DNA of 64,000 nt, taken from Paraphysomonas bandaiensis (Eukaryota; Protista; Chrysophyceae). Below the pieces are notes generated by a model. It had not been told where the DNA came from, ran no database searches, and worked only from the letters and a program-made list of their open reading frames with translations. The stretch is taken from contig CBFFRP010000363.1 in the NCBI GenBank assembly GCA_965644295.1, positions 372,001 to 436,000 of the forward strand. The letters run 5' to 3'. The position numbers and the translations under genes are program-made. Numbering within the stretch: position 1 is the first letter of the stretch; the number at the start of each line of letters is the position of its first letter. Shown in pieces: positions 35,866-49,515 of the stretch.

Positions 35866-36373
35866 GCTACTATGATATGTTCTCGCTGTTATTATGTTCT
35901 GTATGTATGATACCATGCTGTGATGAGAGAGCTCCTCCTTCAACACCCACCTCCCTGGATCTATTACTCACCAGCAACACCATACATACCACTGGTCACT
36001 CATCATCACCACTTATATAGTTCCACACCATTATGGTGCGGGCTTGAGTACGGTACCTTCCACATTTTACAGAAAATACGGTGCGGCGTGGGACTCTTCT
36101 TCATGGTACTACAGTACACTGCAACAGTACAGCAGGAGTATGTGCGGTATGTACCTCTGCTGCTGTGTCTCTGTACAGAGTATACAGTACAGCAGTATGG
36201 TGGGGTGTGTGGCGGTCTCATAGTCTCATAGCGAGCTGAGGATTCCTTCACCGCCTATCAGAAGAGAGACTCACAGCGCTGCTCTCTGCTATTAATAGTC
36301 AGAGTCTCCTTATGTCTCCGTAGCCGCATAACACACACATAAAGACTCCCATTCGCTGATTGATATCAATATA

Positions 36374-39300
36374 ATGCCACCCAAGCAGCACCAATCAAAG
36401 AGTGACAGGAAGCAGAAGGCTTTCAAGGGAACAGCTAATGTTGAGGCCTCTGGCTTTATATCCTTTGCTGATGTTGCTAGACCAACCCACTCTCATCAGG
36501 AGGACTCATCGTCTAATCTTCAGACTGCTAGTCACACTCCAGTATACACAGGGTCCGATTCTGATCTTGGAGTGATATGCAAGAAGCTGGCGAAGAGACA
36601 CACTGTTACTAGATTGAAAGCACTGAATGAGTTGAAAGAAGTGCTTGAGGTACGTGTGTAGACAATAGTATACGACAACTCCTTAGTGGTTGTGTAGGAT
36701 CGTGGAAGTGAAGTTATAAAAGACCTCCTTCCCTACTTCGTGTTTACATATCACCGCCTGATTCATGACAACAGCCGCACCCTCCGCGAGGAACTCAATA
36801 ATGTACTACTCATTCAGTTACGAATCGATCGTAAAGCTTTTGCTCCCCATATGAAAAGTCTTATTGGTCCGTGGTGGATGGCCACGTGTGACACTACCCC
36901 AGCAGTTAGTACGGTAGCAGTTGCCGCACACGAATTTGCCTTTCCTGCACATAAACGTGCTACCGTTATGACGAATCACTGTCCTGCGATCCTCCGATAT
37001 CTGAAAGAAAACTTTAACTCTAAACCTGAAACTCTGAGTGATATGAGTACCTGCACAGCTGAAGAGGCTGACGAACGGTTCGAGCGAGTTATGGTGTCAT
37101 CTCTTCTTTCGTTGTCCAAGCTCATGGCTCTCCTTCCTAATCTACCAGCGTCAACATACGAAGAAGTGCTTGGTGACAGTTTTTGGAAAAAGACCTCTAG
37201 CAAACGATGTGCTGTTAGGGGGGCAGCTTTGCAGGTGCTCACAGCTACGTGTACGCATACACCTGATATCATTCGTGCGACCAATCTCCAGCGACTGACG
37301 AATATTGTGTTAAACACTCTTGCCAATGAACGATCCGAGCTCAACATTCCTCATATGCTATTAGCTGTAGTAACCTTTCTCAAATCTTTTTCTGAATGCT
37401 GGTCGTTTATCGATATTCCTAAGGGTATTATTTCGAAAGTTTCTCAATTGATTAGGCACTACCCCTCCAGTGCTTTGGATTCAGTACTCCCTATAATTGC
37501 TGCAATGCCGAATATACTTGAACACTCGGACAATATCACTGGATTATTAAATCTTCTCATGGAGTGTGGGGCAGCTGATGGAGATAATGCACAACTTTAC
37601 GCGACTGCCGCAGAGATATGTACGTATCTCCTCGTGCGTATCACGGATTCCTCCAGCCCTGAGACCAATCCACTAGGAGAGTGCGACTTGAAAGGAGAAG
37701 CATTTAACGAAACACTCGTTCATATTTTGTCTGATTGCGTTGTTCATCTTGTTCAACAGTCCGATGGGACTGACTTAATTCCGCTTCTAAGAGCCCTACA
37801 CCGATGCAGAGAATTACGGAATCAAAATAAGTCGAGGGTATCGTGGGTGAATGGCATAAACTCAACTCTACAGACGGCATTCATAGAGAGCCTATGTTCA
37901 TCAAGTCAGCATGCTGCAAGTATCAAGTTTATTAACTCTACAACTGACCTGCTTTCAGCGGTTGTACAGCGAGAATACACAGAAGAGTGGACACCAGATA
38001 AGCAGTCGACCGAGACTGATAAGGGTGTGTTGGAGATTATTGTGGCTCTATTTAATCTGTGTGTCTCTCATATCACGACATTATCTATGCTGAACAGTCT
38101 GGCAGACGATGGAGAATCTGCGATAATATGCTGGCTATATGCTGTTTTGAAACTAGGCCATGTTGTAGCATACATAGACCACGTAGACGGCGGTCTATTG
38201 TCTATAGAGACATCTCATGTACTGAACGTACTGATGGGTACAACAGGCATTAGGTGTGCCTTTAAAGAACTGACCTTATTTGATGAGAAAACGAATAGCC
38301 ATAAATTTCCATCAGGGTTTATCAGGGATTTTGTCGTGGAGTTGCTGTCCTTTATATCCACCGTATCGCGTAAACAATTTGACGAAAATGCTATTATCGG
38401 GGATGTTGCCAACAGTATTCTTTGTGTTGCTATTAAAGTGAAATCACTCATTGCATTTGTTTTGTCATTAGAGTGCGGATTATTGACTATTTCTTCACCA
38501 GTGCATGACGATGTGGCTAAATGTGTGCGATACTGTGTTGCCTACTTGCAGCAAGAAGAACAAGCCTTCCAGGATGTGTGTGACACGTATGATGACATGA
38601 TTGCCAGATCCAGCGACGCAACTAAAGTAATGTTCTTAGTTCATTGCGCTAAACACCCAACCATCAGTTCTCATTCTTGCGTGGGTGACCTTAAACTAAA
38701 TTCTTGTGGTATTATTGGGATATGGGCGCAATTGACATCATATTATCAGCAAATCAATAGCTGTTTGAGTAATTCAAATATCAACTGTGCTGATGTTAGT
38801 GAGAACATTTCAAATTTAATTTGTAAGGCATTTCTCGGAAGAGAAAGCAATTCCTGTATATTGAGTTGGCAACAGTGCGATTTGGTGCTCTGCTGGGCAG
38901 ATGTTAGAGGCAAATTTTTGCCACGTGTATGTGACTCCACGAAGGCACGCGCAGCAGTGTGCATAGCTGATGCATTATCTGAGCTTATCATTAACACAGA
39001 TTTATGGGAGTACCAAGAAGAGGATAGAAAACACATTTCAACTAGTCAGATGCAACCTAATGTGTGGGCACGACACGTCTGTGTGTTACTGTCGCTCACA
39101 CTCACGCATGAATTCGGACCAGCAACGATCGAGAGTGTTTCCGACGCCATTGGTGTATTCACATCGTCTCAGTGGCAGCAGTGGTACGCATCAGCACTTC
39201 GATTGGTATCTGATACAAGTGCTCGTGTTAATAACAAATACACTCGGCAGCTTCGATATGTCATTCACTGTTTGTTTTTGCTGGACGATATCTGGGAGTC

Positions 39301-42300
39301 TTCTCATTGCTCTAGAGATGAGTTACCAGTTCGAGGAAGTGTTTTACATAGTATATTTCCTGTAGCCTTAAATACAACGTTTTGTATAGATGTCTTTCGC
39401 TGTCTTGCTAGTTACAATGCTTTTGTCGACAGCAAACGCCGCTCAAAAAATCTAGTGTGTCAATATGAGTCGAAACCTATACAAATTGATGACAGCACAC
39501 AATCGAGTGAAGTCGAGTGTTTGAGTGCCGACTTGACAGATGCAATGGCGTGCTGTGCCGCCCTGTTGCAATCGACTGTGATGGCTCCGTTGGAGACTCG
39601 TTGTATGTTCTTTTCAGAAGTGACTCAAGAGTTGTGGGAAATTTTGTCGGCTTTGAGCTCCTGCAACAATGCTAATGAGATCAATATCCTGCTTTCTGCA
39701 GCTGATGCGCTTTTAAAGCATATTACGTTTCCTGACAAGGCGACCTGTGTAGATTATTTGACTAATAAACGGTAGGATTCTGCACGTGCACTTAATCGGC
39801 AATAGTATAATATTATTTTTGTAGGAGATTAGTGATTGATACACCACGGTACGATGACGTTCTTCCTCGAAACACGCCAGTGCAGTATGTGACACGTGTT
39901 CAGGAACCTGACACGGGCCTTGTCAAGATAGAGTGTGAGAATGCCGTTTTGGTGGGTATACATAAGCATGGGCCTGACGAGGAGCCCTTCTACACATTGC
40001 TCATATCGCCCAAAGGAGATAGTTCCGATGCAAGGGAGGTACAAACTGAAGGACACAGGTAGAGAATAGTGTAGCTGAAGTAGTGAGAAGTAATTGTATC
40101 TGATTTAAACATGCCAGGGTAATCATTGGTTGCACTGATTCTTCTGGAAGTCTTGGCACTGATCCTCTTGATATTCTGGGAGGCGACACTATTGACTTTG
40201 TCGTGAATAGTCCAGTAGAAGTGAATAACGAGGTCTCGAGTGATATTTCATCTGTGGCCAAACTTCTTAAACTTCTGCGGACTATAACGCGTGACTTACT
40301 AGCATCTATCACTGACCAGTCCGACACCCGTCCATATAATGCGTATGAAGTTTCGTTTTTTGAAACTTGTATTCTGCATGTTGATGCAGTGGTAAACTCC
40401 ATATGTGTATACTCTGCAGATAAGGATAGTGCGGATGTATTAAAGTCGCTTGTTGCTGAATACACGGGTCCTGTACGTGCGCTAGTCTTACGAATGCTGG
40501 ATGCACATCCTGTTCAGAACATGAGCATTGTGTGCGGTGGCCTCCGCTTGCTTAAAACACTATGCACATCACCGTATATTCGAGGGTGCGGTTTATGGAT
40601 TGTAGGCACACTGAAGCCTAAGTTGCATTCGATTCTACATTCTGTTCGGTCCACGAAGCTCGTTTTATCAGACACAGAACGAGCACAATATTCGGCATTG
40701 CTTGTCCGTTCACTGGGTGCCGTAATAGATATCATTCAGAATAGAGACCTCTGCATGGAAACTATTCGAGGACTGGAATATGCCTCTAACTTTGTATCTG
40801 CGTTAGGAGATGACACCAGCGACAAGGAGGTTCTTCAGTGTGCCTTGTTTGCGTGTATGCGGAGTGTCTGGATCTACAGGGCCACGGTTGATACCCACTT
40901 TTGGTCCGGAAATCTCATAGGAAACATTTCTGTGAAAGAAGAGGCAGAACCTGGAGTGCTCGCAGCTCGAGCAGCAGAAGGAAGGATGTCTCAAGTTCGA
41001 GCCTGGGAGGGTCCTTGTGTTCGGCTCTGCCTGGGACGTATATTAGCTGCCCTTGCGGATGGCTTGACCTGGGGCATGCCATCAGTGGAACCAGTCGTGG
41101 CTGCGTTGGAGTCACTGGACAGTGCACTGAAGAACAGATCAAGGGAGGAATGTTGCCAAATGTTACAAGATGCTGGGGTGGGCACCGATTACAGCGAAGA
41201 GAATTTGTGGGAGGTTGTCGGTGACCCTCATATACACGCCGCAGTGCGTGTGGTGATCGCAAAAGTATTGGACGTATGGTGTTCACGAGCAATGGAACCT
41301 TTGGTGGAGTTATCAGATAGTACAAAAGATGACTTATCAGGCACTTTGCCGCATGCATGTAAAGCTGAATGTGATGAAAGTGATATCGCCACTGGAAGGG
41401 GTGTCTTGACTGCTATTCTCGGCGAAAAGTTGTATGTAGCTTTTGAATCTTATCTACAGAATTACTCAGATTATTCACTCAACGTTGTTGATCGAAGTGC
41501 GAGTTCCCAATTGCGTTTTCGATGCCCATGTGGAGATGAAAACAGTATGCTTATTGATACATTAGATGCCGTGCCGGATGCAGAAAACTCCAGGAAGGGT
41601 ATCACATCGTCACTTCGGCATGGTGTAGGGAGGGAACATGTGGATGCTGTTGGCATACTTCTCCAGTGGCTATTGGTCCTACAAAAAATCGATACACACT
41701 GCACATCTTCATCACAATGGGCTGTGCGTGCTGTCATTGGAACGTATTTTACCCAGTCAAGAGTGTTAACTGTACTGTTCCGTGACATGATTCGATGGCA
41801 GCAGTACCTTCAGAGTACGCTTGGATACTTTTCGGGAGACCTCTCAGGCTCTTTCAGTGCGCTCAATCTCATGCAGTCTTTTGTGGGAATCGATTCTGAC
41901 GGATTATCCACTCTTGCGTCCTATGCACTCTATCGCACTGTATGCTTTCTCCCTGCTGCAGTGAGGCTCTATTGGAATGATTCTTGTAACCGAATGGAGA
42001 GCATAGCGCTAGAAAGGTTTGTTGAGGAAGCAGTCAATGATTCGTTGGTGCGACGAGAGATTGCCATTGTAATGTTAGCAGAGAAGAAAGGCCGTTTGAA
42101 AGCGCCATTAGACAAAGATGAAGAGGACCTTGCGGTTAGATGTAGCGCGGTTGCGCGAGAGATATCGACCACATATGTCGCTGACGAAGTTTCTATTGAA
42201 ATGGTGATTCGAATGCCGAAGCTCTATCCATTGCGAAATGTGGAGGTGGAATGCAAAAAACGTATGGGTATTTCAGAAAGCCGATGGCGGCGATGGACAT

Positions 42301-42560
42301 TACAAATTATTCAGCTGCTCTCACAACAAGATGGCTCTGTGCTGGATGCTATACTGCTGTGGAAGAAAAACGTAGATAGGGAATTTGAAGGGGTGGAGCC
42401 GTGTCCTATATGCTACAGCATTTTACATCCCAAGGCCCTTACTTTACCATCTTTAGTTTGTCCAACATGCAACAATAAATTCCATTCGTCTTGTTTGTAT
42501 AAGTGGTTTCAAACTTCAGGGAAGTCAAAATGTGTTCTGTGTCAACAGTCGTTCTTTTAG
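36374..42560 (+). CDS. LTN1: E3 ubiquitin ligase listerin (ribosome quality control), multi-exon
   Basis: N-terminal KKLAKR..VTRLKAL, L..DNSR.LRE, GPWW and ETLSD...ERFER; C-terminal RWD domain (YPLRNVEV, WKKNVDREFEGVE) and RING CPICYS..CPTCNNKFHSSCLYKWF.TS.KSKCVLC. Confidence 0.93.
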
Positions 42561-43614
42561 AGAGTTTGATACTCGTAATAGTGAGTATAATAGAACGTAA
42601 TTATTGTTGCATATGTTATTAAACACATTGTGAGGACTAGCTACATCTTCGATATATGTATACTCAGTTACAGTTATATTTCTTGGTCAGCAATCTTGAC
42701 CAAGAGCATAGGCGATGTGGAATATATTAATAAATATGATACCGTAACTTGTAAGATTACCAGAAATCGTAAATACAATATAGAATGTGTTCAACGAAAC
42801 ACATCACTAATCCTCCCGTTCTTTAATGCTTGAATTACCGCAGCGCACAATAGTACGTAATGAGACGGTATTTAAATTGGGTGTTATCTAAGAGTTAAAG
42901 AGCAGGAGTCACAAGAGATTGACAAATGGCCATTAACGAAAATATATATAACACTGATATTGATATATGAGGTATTTTGATCTTGCCTTGTACCCAAATC
43001 GATTATAATTTTACCCCAAGGAGATTGATAACAAAATAAACACTTCCCATGCAACATCTGGCGACCATCATATGTTATATCGGTCAGCAGTGAGCCTTGG
43101 ACCTCTTTTTATGGTTACATTACACAGGGAAACACTGGAGTTATTTTGTTCGTTTTCATGGGCATCTACCTCTTGATGTGTAAGATGACACTTCGCAAGT
43201 CAACATCTTCACACCCAGTATACAATAATATTCAAGCTCTGAGATAGGATTTAATTGATTGGTTTACCGGGTGTTCTGCCTACCCCAGCCCCGCATAAAA
43301 TTAAACTTTTACAAATCAGTTTATTACTTACTTCTCGGTCATCAGCCTGCAAGATAATTTTGGGGCCGCATTTTAAAATATTTTTTTGGTAAGTTCGAGG
43401 CCCGTTTTAATATATCTGACACACTAATCACCGCCAGGCCATAGATTACTAATACTAATACCGAAAATAACATATACTGCAATAAATTCTTGTAAAAAAG
43501 CCCACATGTCACAACATTGAAAAAACAGCAACAATTATGTTGGATGGTTTAGAGACACAACAAGCTAGTTATATCAGTGTAGCTCACAATACGTAGTTGC
43601 AATTATATGTCATA

Positions 43615-44093
43615 GTTGTGACGATATTAGCAATAGCCGTGTAAGAGTCAGAAGTCAGAACTAATGTAGCAAAACAATTCACTAAGTGCTTAACTATGAT
43701 ATCCTACTATTTAGCACTACGAAAGCTACTTGTGCGTCACCGCAAGCACCAAGTTGCAACCACTTTCGCTGTAGCACTCAAAGCCAACGCAGTAGGCAAG
43801 CAGAATGTTGATATATCTGACAGCTGCTCTCTTCAGGATTTTTGAGTCCTTCAGGTGAACAGCCCGGATGTTTGGCTTCAGCTGATAGCCCAATTCCTCA
43901 GATGCCTTTCCATTCGTCAGAGGCTCAAAGGCGTCTATATACACAAGTGACACTTATTAGTGTGCTTGTACCACGCAAGCATTTGGCTATGAGTGGGCAG
44001 AACAATAGTTCCCGAAGAAAGATCTCCGGTACTTATTATCCAGAACACCACAAAAAGGTGCGAATCAGACTTTGTTGAGGGTCTCCTCTCATG
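43615..44093 (-). mobile_element. Short non-autonomous retroposon, copy 3 (minus strand)
   Basis: Reverse complement begins CCCTCAACAAAGTCTGATTCGCACC; 3' motif at 43720-43768; deletion across P2'. Possible TSD TATATG(T/A)CATA at 43604-43614 / 44094-44104. Confidence 0.78.
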
Positions 44094-44111
44094 TATATGA
44101 CATATAACTCT

Positions 44112-44577
44112 AAACAAAGTCAGAGTCGCACTACGGGGGATAGTGCCGGAGAGATTTCTCCGGAAAACTAACGTGAGTCACTTATATAGTACTGTTATGC
44201 CCACTCATAGCCTAACGATTGTATGGTACAACGGCACTTGTGTAGACGTCTTTGGGTCGTGATGAATAAACAGGCATTCGGGAATGGGTCCACCTCAAGG
44301 CCATCCTGGGTATTGGACTGCCTGCTGAAGTCAAACATCCGGGACTGGGCCCACCTGAAGGCCATCCGGGGTATTGGGCTACCTTCTGAAGTCAAGCACC
44401 CGGGCTATAGCACTAGGGAGCAAAGTGGTTGCAACTTGGTACTTGCGGTGTTACGCACAAGCAGCTTTCGTAGTGTGTTAAGTAGTAGGATATCAGAGTT
44501 AAGTAGTAGCTAGTTAAATTGTTCTGCTACATTAGTTCTGACTCTTACTTATTACGCCTATTCCCAATAATCAGATA
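44112..44577 (+). mobile_element. Short non-autonomous retroposon, copy 4
   Basis: AACAAAGTCAGAGTCGCAC head with P3 deleted, CTAACGTGAG, internal repeats, 3' motif at 44419-44470, tail AATAATCAGA as in the LINE. Confidence 0.78.
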
Positions 44578-45130
44578 TTTACTACATAAAGAGTGATAAG
44601 AGATTCACCTCTGGCCACGAATTAATTCACGTTACCAATGACATGCAATTTATGAGATATCATGCAATGACTTTTAACTTACTAGCTAGTTATATATATG
44701 ACCATCGAAAAAAAGCTGTCTGAGACACCGCGTATCATGATTGATCCAATACATTTAGCAATGATGCTATGTGGTGGATTCTAGGTTACGCTAATCTACA
44801 AACGATTTTATCCGAAACACTGCTAAGCACAACGATCTCGCCGGGCTTCTTTATAGGTGATGTCAATATTGTATTGCAAGTCATAATTTATGGCTCTATA
44901 TATGCAAAAGTAGTTGTTGAGTTAATTTATACCACAGAAGCTAGAAAGTTAGCACTTTATCCGTTAATTTCTAACGGCATTTTTAGCTATCAGTCGTACA
45001 TACAGAAAAGACAAAATATGTCGCATCACAAAAGCTATCGATTTGCCATGCCCACAACTATAAACTATTGAACATCATACAGGTACCTATGCACAACTGC
45101 AGCCATTTCGAGCTAGATTTCAGTTAATAA

Positions 45131-48100
45131 CTACGTTTGGTCTCGCTGAATTCCTTGCGCTCTACATATTCCTGAACAGCGAGCCTTGCACAGCGGGCAT
45201 GTTCTTAACTGTCCCTGGCCCTGCATTTGTAGCGCGTGCATATAGCAAAGGCACATATGTCCGCAGTTCAGTACAACTGTGTCTGCAGTATAGGCCTGGC
45301 ACACAACACAAAAAGGGGCCTGCATCACTGCTTCATGACTTCCATCTACATGTCTTGTAGTTTCTGTGGCCCGTAGGGGTGTCGAAGGACCAGGTCCAGA
45401 CATCTTAGGCGCGCTTTCCGCAGTCGGGATAGTAGATGATGGCATATTTGATGGCCGCACGCCCTGTGTCCCCGACATGAGAGGTGCTGTGACTCCTCCA
45501 ACATTTAAGAGAGAACCTACACCACCTATTGCACCACCCCCATTTGTTGCATTCAGTAGACTGTACAATGGGGCCATAGCTTGCATAAGTACAGCATTCG
45601 CGTTTTCGGCCTCTACTGCACGTGCCTGCATCACAGATACTGTGCTCTCCAGAGTACGCACCTTTTCTTCAAGCCGGCTTCGGTCGCTATTCCAAAGCCG
45701 TCGACATTCCATTTCCTTGGCAAAGCGGCGGTCGAACTTTCGTACCAATATGACACACTCCTTTTCTTTCTGACGTACTTTCTCACGAGTTGAGTTAAGT
45801 TCTGACTCGAGAGCACTGACTTGTTTCTGTAGCAGTCTCACTTGGTGCACAGATGGCCCTGGGACAGATGACGCCAAGTCGATATCTTGTCTGTTCTTTG
45901 CCGCACCAGTGGACCTTGCTCTTTTCCGAGATTCACCTTTGGTAGCGATATCCACAGTACCCTCGCATTCTTCATCAGCGGGAAAAAGCTCCGTGCCTGC
46001 AACTCCAAGAGGGGCCGTCGAAAGAGAAGAAACGTTGTCAGAAGTCTTACGGCGCTTTCCTCCTCTAACATCATTCCCAGTTGCCGTAAGTGGCCCCTTC
46101 TTGATGTTGCTATTTCTACTAGTGTTCAGCCCACTGAGGTCTACGTCATCTCCACCCACACTGCCTCCATCATCATGCCCCTCATCATCACTGCCTTCTG
46201 CAATCAATTCCGGCCAGTGACTTATGTTTGCACTGCCGCACAGCCAGCACCCTTTCCTAGCACTTGACACACTTGATGAAATAGGTCCAGAACAGTTTCC
46301 AATTGCTGAACTCGCTAAACCGATTCCTGGCTTAGCTATGGTCAAATCAACTTCAATTTCACTTTTCTTCGACAAGACGGGCGATTGCCTGGTGTGAGGT
46401 AGACACAATCTGTCTGCTTTTAGCACCCCCTCTCTGGAGTGATTCGAATAGAGCGGCCACCACCCTGTCAATACCAATACAGACGACGGGTGCCTAATAC
46501 CGTTAACAGCCCCGTGTTCAGCCATCCACTGTGCCAATTCATCACTTTCACCGCTCATCACAGCATTGGTTGGGCTATCTGTGTAAGAAATACTCACTCG
46601 AAATCCAACGGTGTCAACCGCCTGATACCATAGTGTAACAACTCCTGAAAGGGGTGTAGCGGATGACGGAGAAACTGAATCTGGAGATTGGCGCTGCTCG
46701 ATTCGAACAGGACCTATCCCAACACCAAACACATCCACTGCACTATAATACGCCAATATTCACAATGATAGAAAAGGAGTGAGAAATGTTATTTTTCAGT
46801 GATATATTACAAGTCTTACCTATACAGAACTACGGCACCGTCAGAGCACCTTATCACAGCATAATTCCCGTCTGGCGTACAGCTTATTTCTTCTATCTGT
46901 CGTAAGTGTCTTCCACCTCGCCTACTTGGTCCACTCTTTCCTCGACACGTAGACGACAGTTCCGACAAGGAGAAGCAATGTACCTCACTGATATCCAGCG
47001 CTTTCACATCGCCTTCACTTATTGGGAATGAGGAACACCGTCTCGATAACCTGTATATCCATCATTTGATGGGTTAAGTGAATACGGCTTGTATCAACAC
47101 CTACCTGTATATGACAAGTTCGTCTAGTCCGGTAAAAAGCACAGTTCCATCTTCGGAGGCCGCATGTAGACTGGATATTCCCCTCAGAGTGCGATGTTTA
47201 TGTTCAACCGCTGCTGCTTGTATGTCCACCACACCATTCGCATCCAACGAAAGCGGAATTTGATGCACACGAGCATCCTTGCCGATACCTTGAGCAATGT
47301 ACTCCAGCATCCTACTGTTAGCTCTCTCACCGTTATCACTTGATCGCAATACTACTCCACAAAGCACGGAGGGACAGTTCATTGATGCCGAATACAGAAC
47401 AGACCATGCCTGAGTATACTTGAACGCCACGTCATGACTACTGCCAGTACTCCCTCGCCCTCCCGGAGAGTCGTGTAGGACACAACTAGGAGTGGCAGTA
47501 AAGACAACTTGCCAAATGCTGAATACCCCATACCCAGCCCCACAGAGCAGCCTATAGATGGCCGTGTATCCACGCTCCTCCCTACACGAGGCACACAGTT
47601 GATCGCACTGGCCTTCCTGAGTCTGTGGTGGCGACCAGTTAAGAGCTTGAGACACAGTACTTACACTACAGAAACCGCGCAGGCGCAGGTCTGAATGCTT
47701 GAAAGTCTTAACGTCACCACCCGCCATCGTAATAAAGCCGCGCTTCTTCTTAAGTCTGTGAAGACTTTGAATGTCGGTCGCAAATACGGATGTTGATCCC
47801 AATCTCGCTCCAGCAAACACATGCGAACTTGGACCGCTGTCAGTGGTAGCTGGGGCGCTGCCAGCCTCTACATGTACCCTCAGAGTTCCCTGGTTGGACG
47901 AGGTATTCATGTACCCTAGCAGATAGCCAAACCTATCCTCAAGATCGGTGTTCCCTGAACAGGAGAGCTCGAACAATTTCACAGCACCAGATGCAAAACC
48001 CGCCACAACATACGATCCACAGCTGGTTGCAGCAACAGATGTGACCCTTCCGTCCAAAGAAAAGCACATGGAGGATCGAGCCGCATCCTCGTCGCTTACA

Positions 48101-49101
48101 CTCTCCTGCGGAGCGGGTGCGGAAGGAGCTGCAGGAGAGTGTGATGCGAGACTGGAATGTACTGAAAGGTCAGTGGCACCGTTGTCTGGTGCAGACGAAC
48201 TCACAACTAGTTCATCTGGACCAGCCGCACCATGCAGGCTACAAACCTGTCGGTCATTCATACTATTTTCAATCACACGCAAACCAGGAGTGGGATCTCT
48301 GCTGGCAGGTACGTTGGACACAGAACCAAAGCTGACATTGTGTGGAGAACCCTGTGACACAGCAGTAACCGGAGACTCAGGAGACAAAGTCGTAGTATTG
48401 GTAGATATACCAAGATGTAACTGCCCTACTTGCTCCATTTGAATAGCCCTGACATGAGCATAAAGAGGAAGTTTCTCAGTTGACGACTTCCCTGTCACAG
48501 GCACGCTCCTGCTTGAAGCCAGCGAGGGGTGAGAAGATCCAGCTGAGTCTTCGCATAAAATAGTGTTACTGTCACCCTCCTCCACAGCATCGTAGCTTGA
48601 ACTCGACATATCAGAATAAATTGGGACCCCTCCTGCAACATTCCCCCGTGAGCGATTACAGCGTGGTCGATTTTCACCGTCCACTTTTGACAATGGTAAG
48701 TTGCTGTGCAACTGTTGCTGCGTGCTCGAAATCTTCTTGAATTTGTTCATGCGCGACGAAACCATCGACTTCTGTGACATGGGTATGCTCTGATTGAATC
48801 TATCTGCGCCCGATTCACTCACAGTGGAAGAAATGAAGCGCGTGCTGCCGCTAGAAGGAGAAGAGGACTGATTTCGCCTGCCTGGAAAAGACGTTGACCG
48901 GTGTATGGACTTGAGAGGTTTGGGTTCACTGGATGTTGTTCGATCTCCGATATTGCCCACAAGTGCATTCGCCCGTTTGGATCCTTTTAATCCAGTGTTT
49001 ACCTTAGACGATGCGCCTGAGGACTTACTGGACGGCAAATCCTTAAAAGACAGCAGAGAAGGAAGCACTTCGCTGTCCTCCAGCGACTCTGGAGCTTCCA
49101 T
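45131..49101 (-). CDS. WD40-like, coiled-coil and C-terminal RING (C3HC4_3-type) protein, 3 exons
   Basis: VTSVAATSCGSYVVAGFASGAVKLF and ISCTPDGNYAV beta-propeller-like blades; CVVC..VVLNCGHMCLC..H..CPLC; introns ~47051-47104 and ~46744-46819. Confidence 0.75.
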
Positions 49102-49515
49102 AGTGTGCTAGTATTCTTTAGGCTGGACTATAGCAGATTAATCAATACATTGTAGTGTACTGGGCTGTCATGTATATGTTGGCTTAGGTTTACACTAACA
49201 ATTAAAATATTTAAACACGACTGCAGTGGGCTCTGCTGGATGTCTACATAGAGACATTCGAATGTATTCACCAGATACAGGCACCATACAGAAACATACG
49301 GGACATATAGCTATCTACCTGTCCAACTGAGGGCCGAGTGACTATCCGGAAGACCCCCGTAAACGGGCTACTTGGGCTTGGTTTGTCCTATTGGTTGTGA
49401 CTGCAGTGCTGTGAGACGAAGTGAGTAAATTGCTGAAGTGAATGCAAATTAAAGTAAGTGAAACCCCTCTACTCACTTCATCGCTGTCATATAGTTATAT
49501 AAGTGGACCGATGTC

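Larger units (their letters stand above)
32214..36043 (-). mobile_element. Crypton(S)-like tyrosine recombinase DNA transposon (boundaries tentative)
   Basis: Recombinase gene plus tandem arrays lie between two divergent host genes; AGCCCGCACC (~32214) and GGTGCGGGCT (~36034) are inverted; TATGG at ~36031. Confidence 0.6.
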
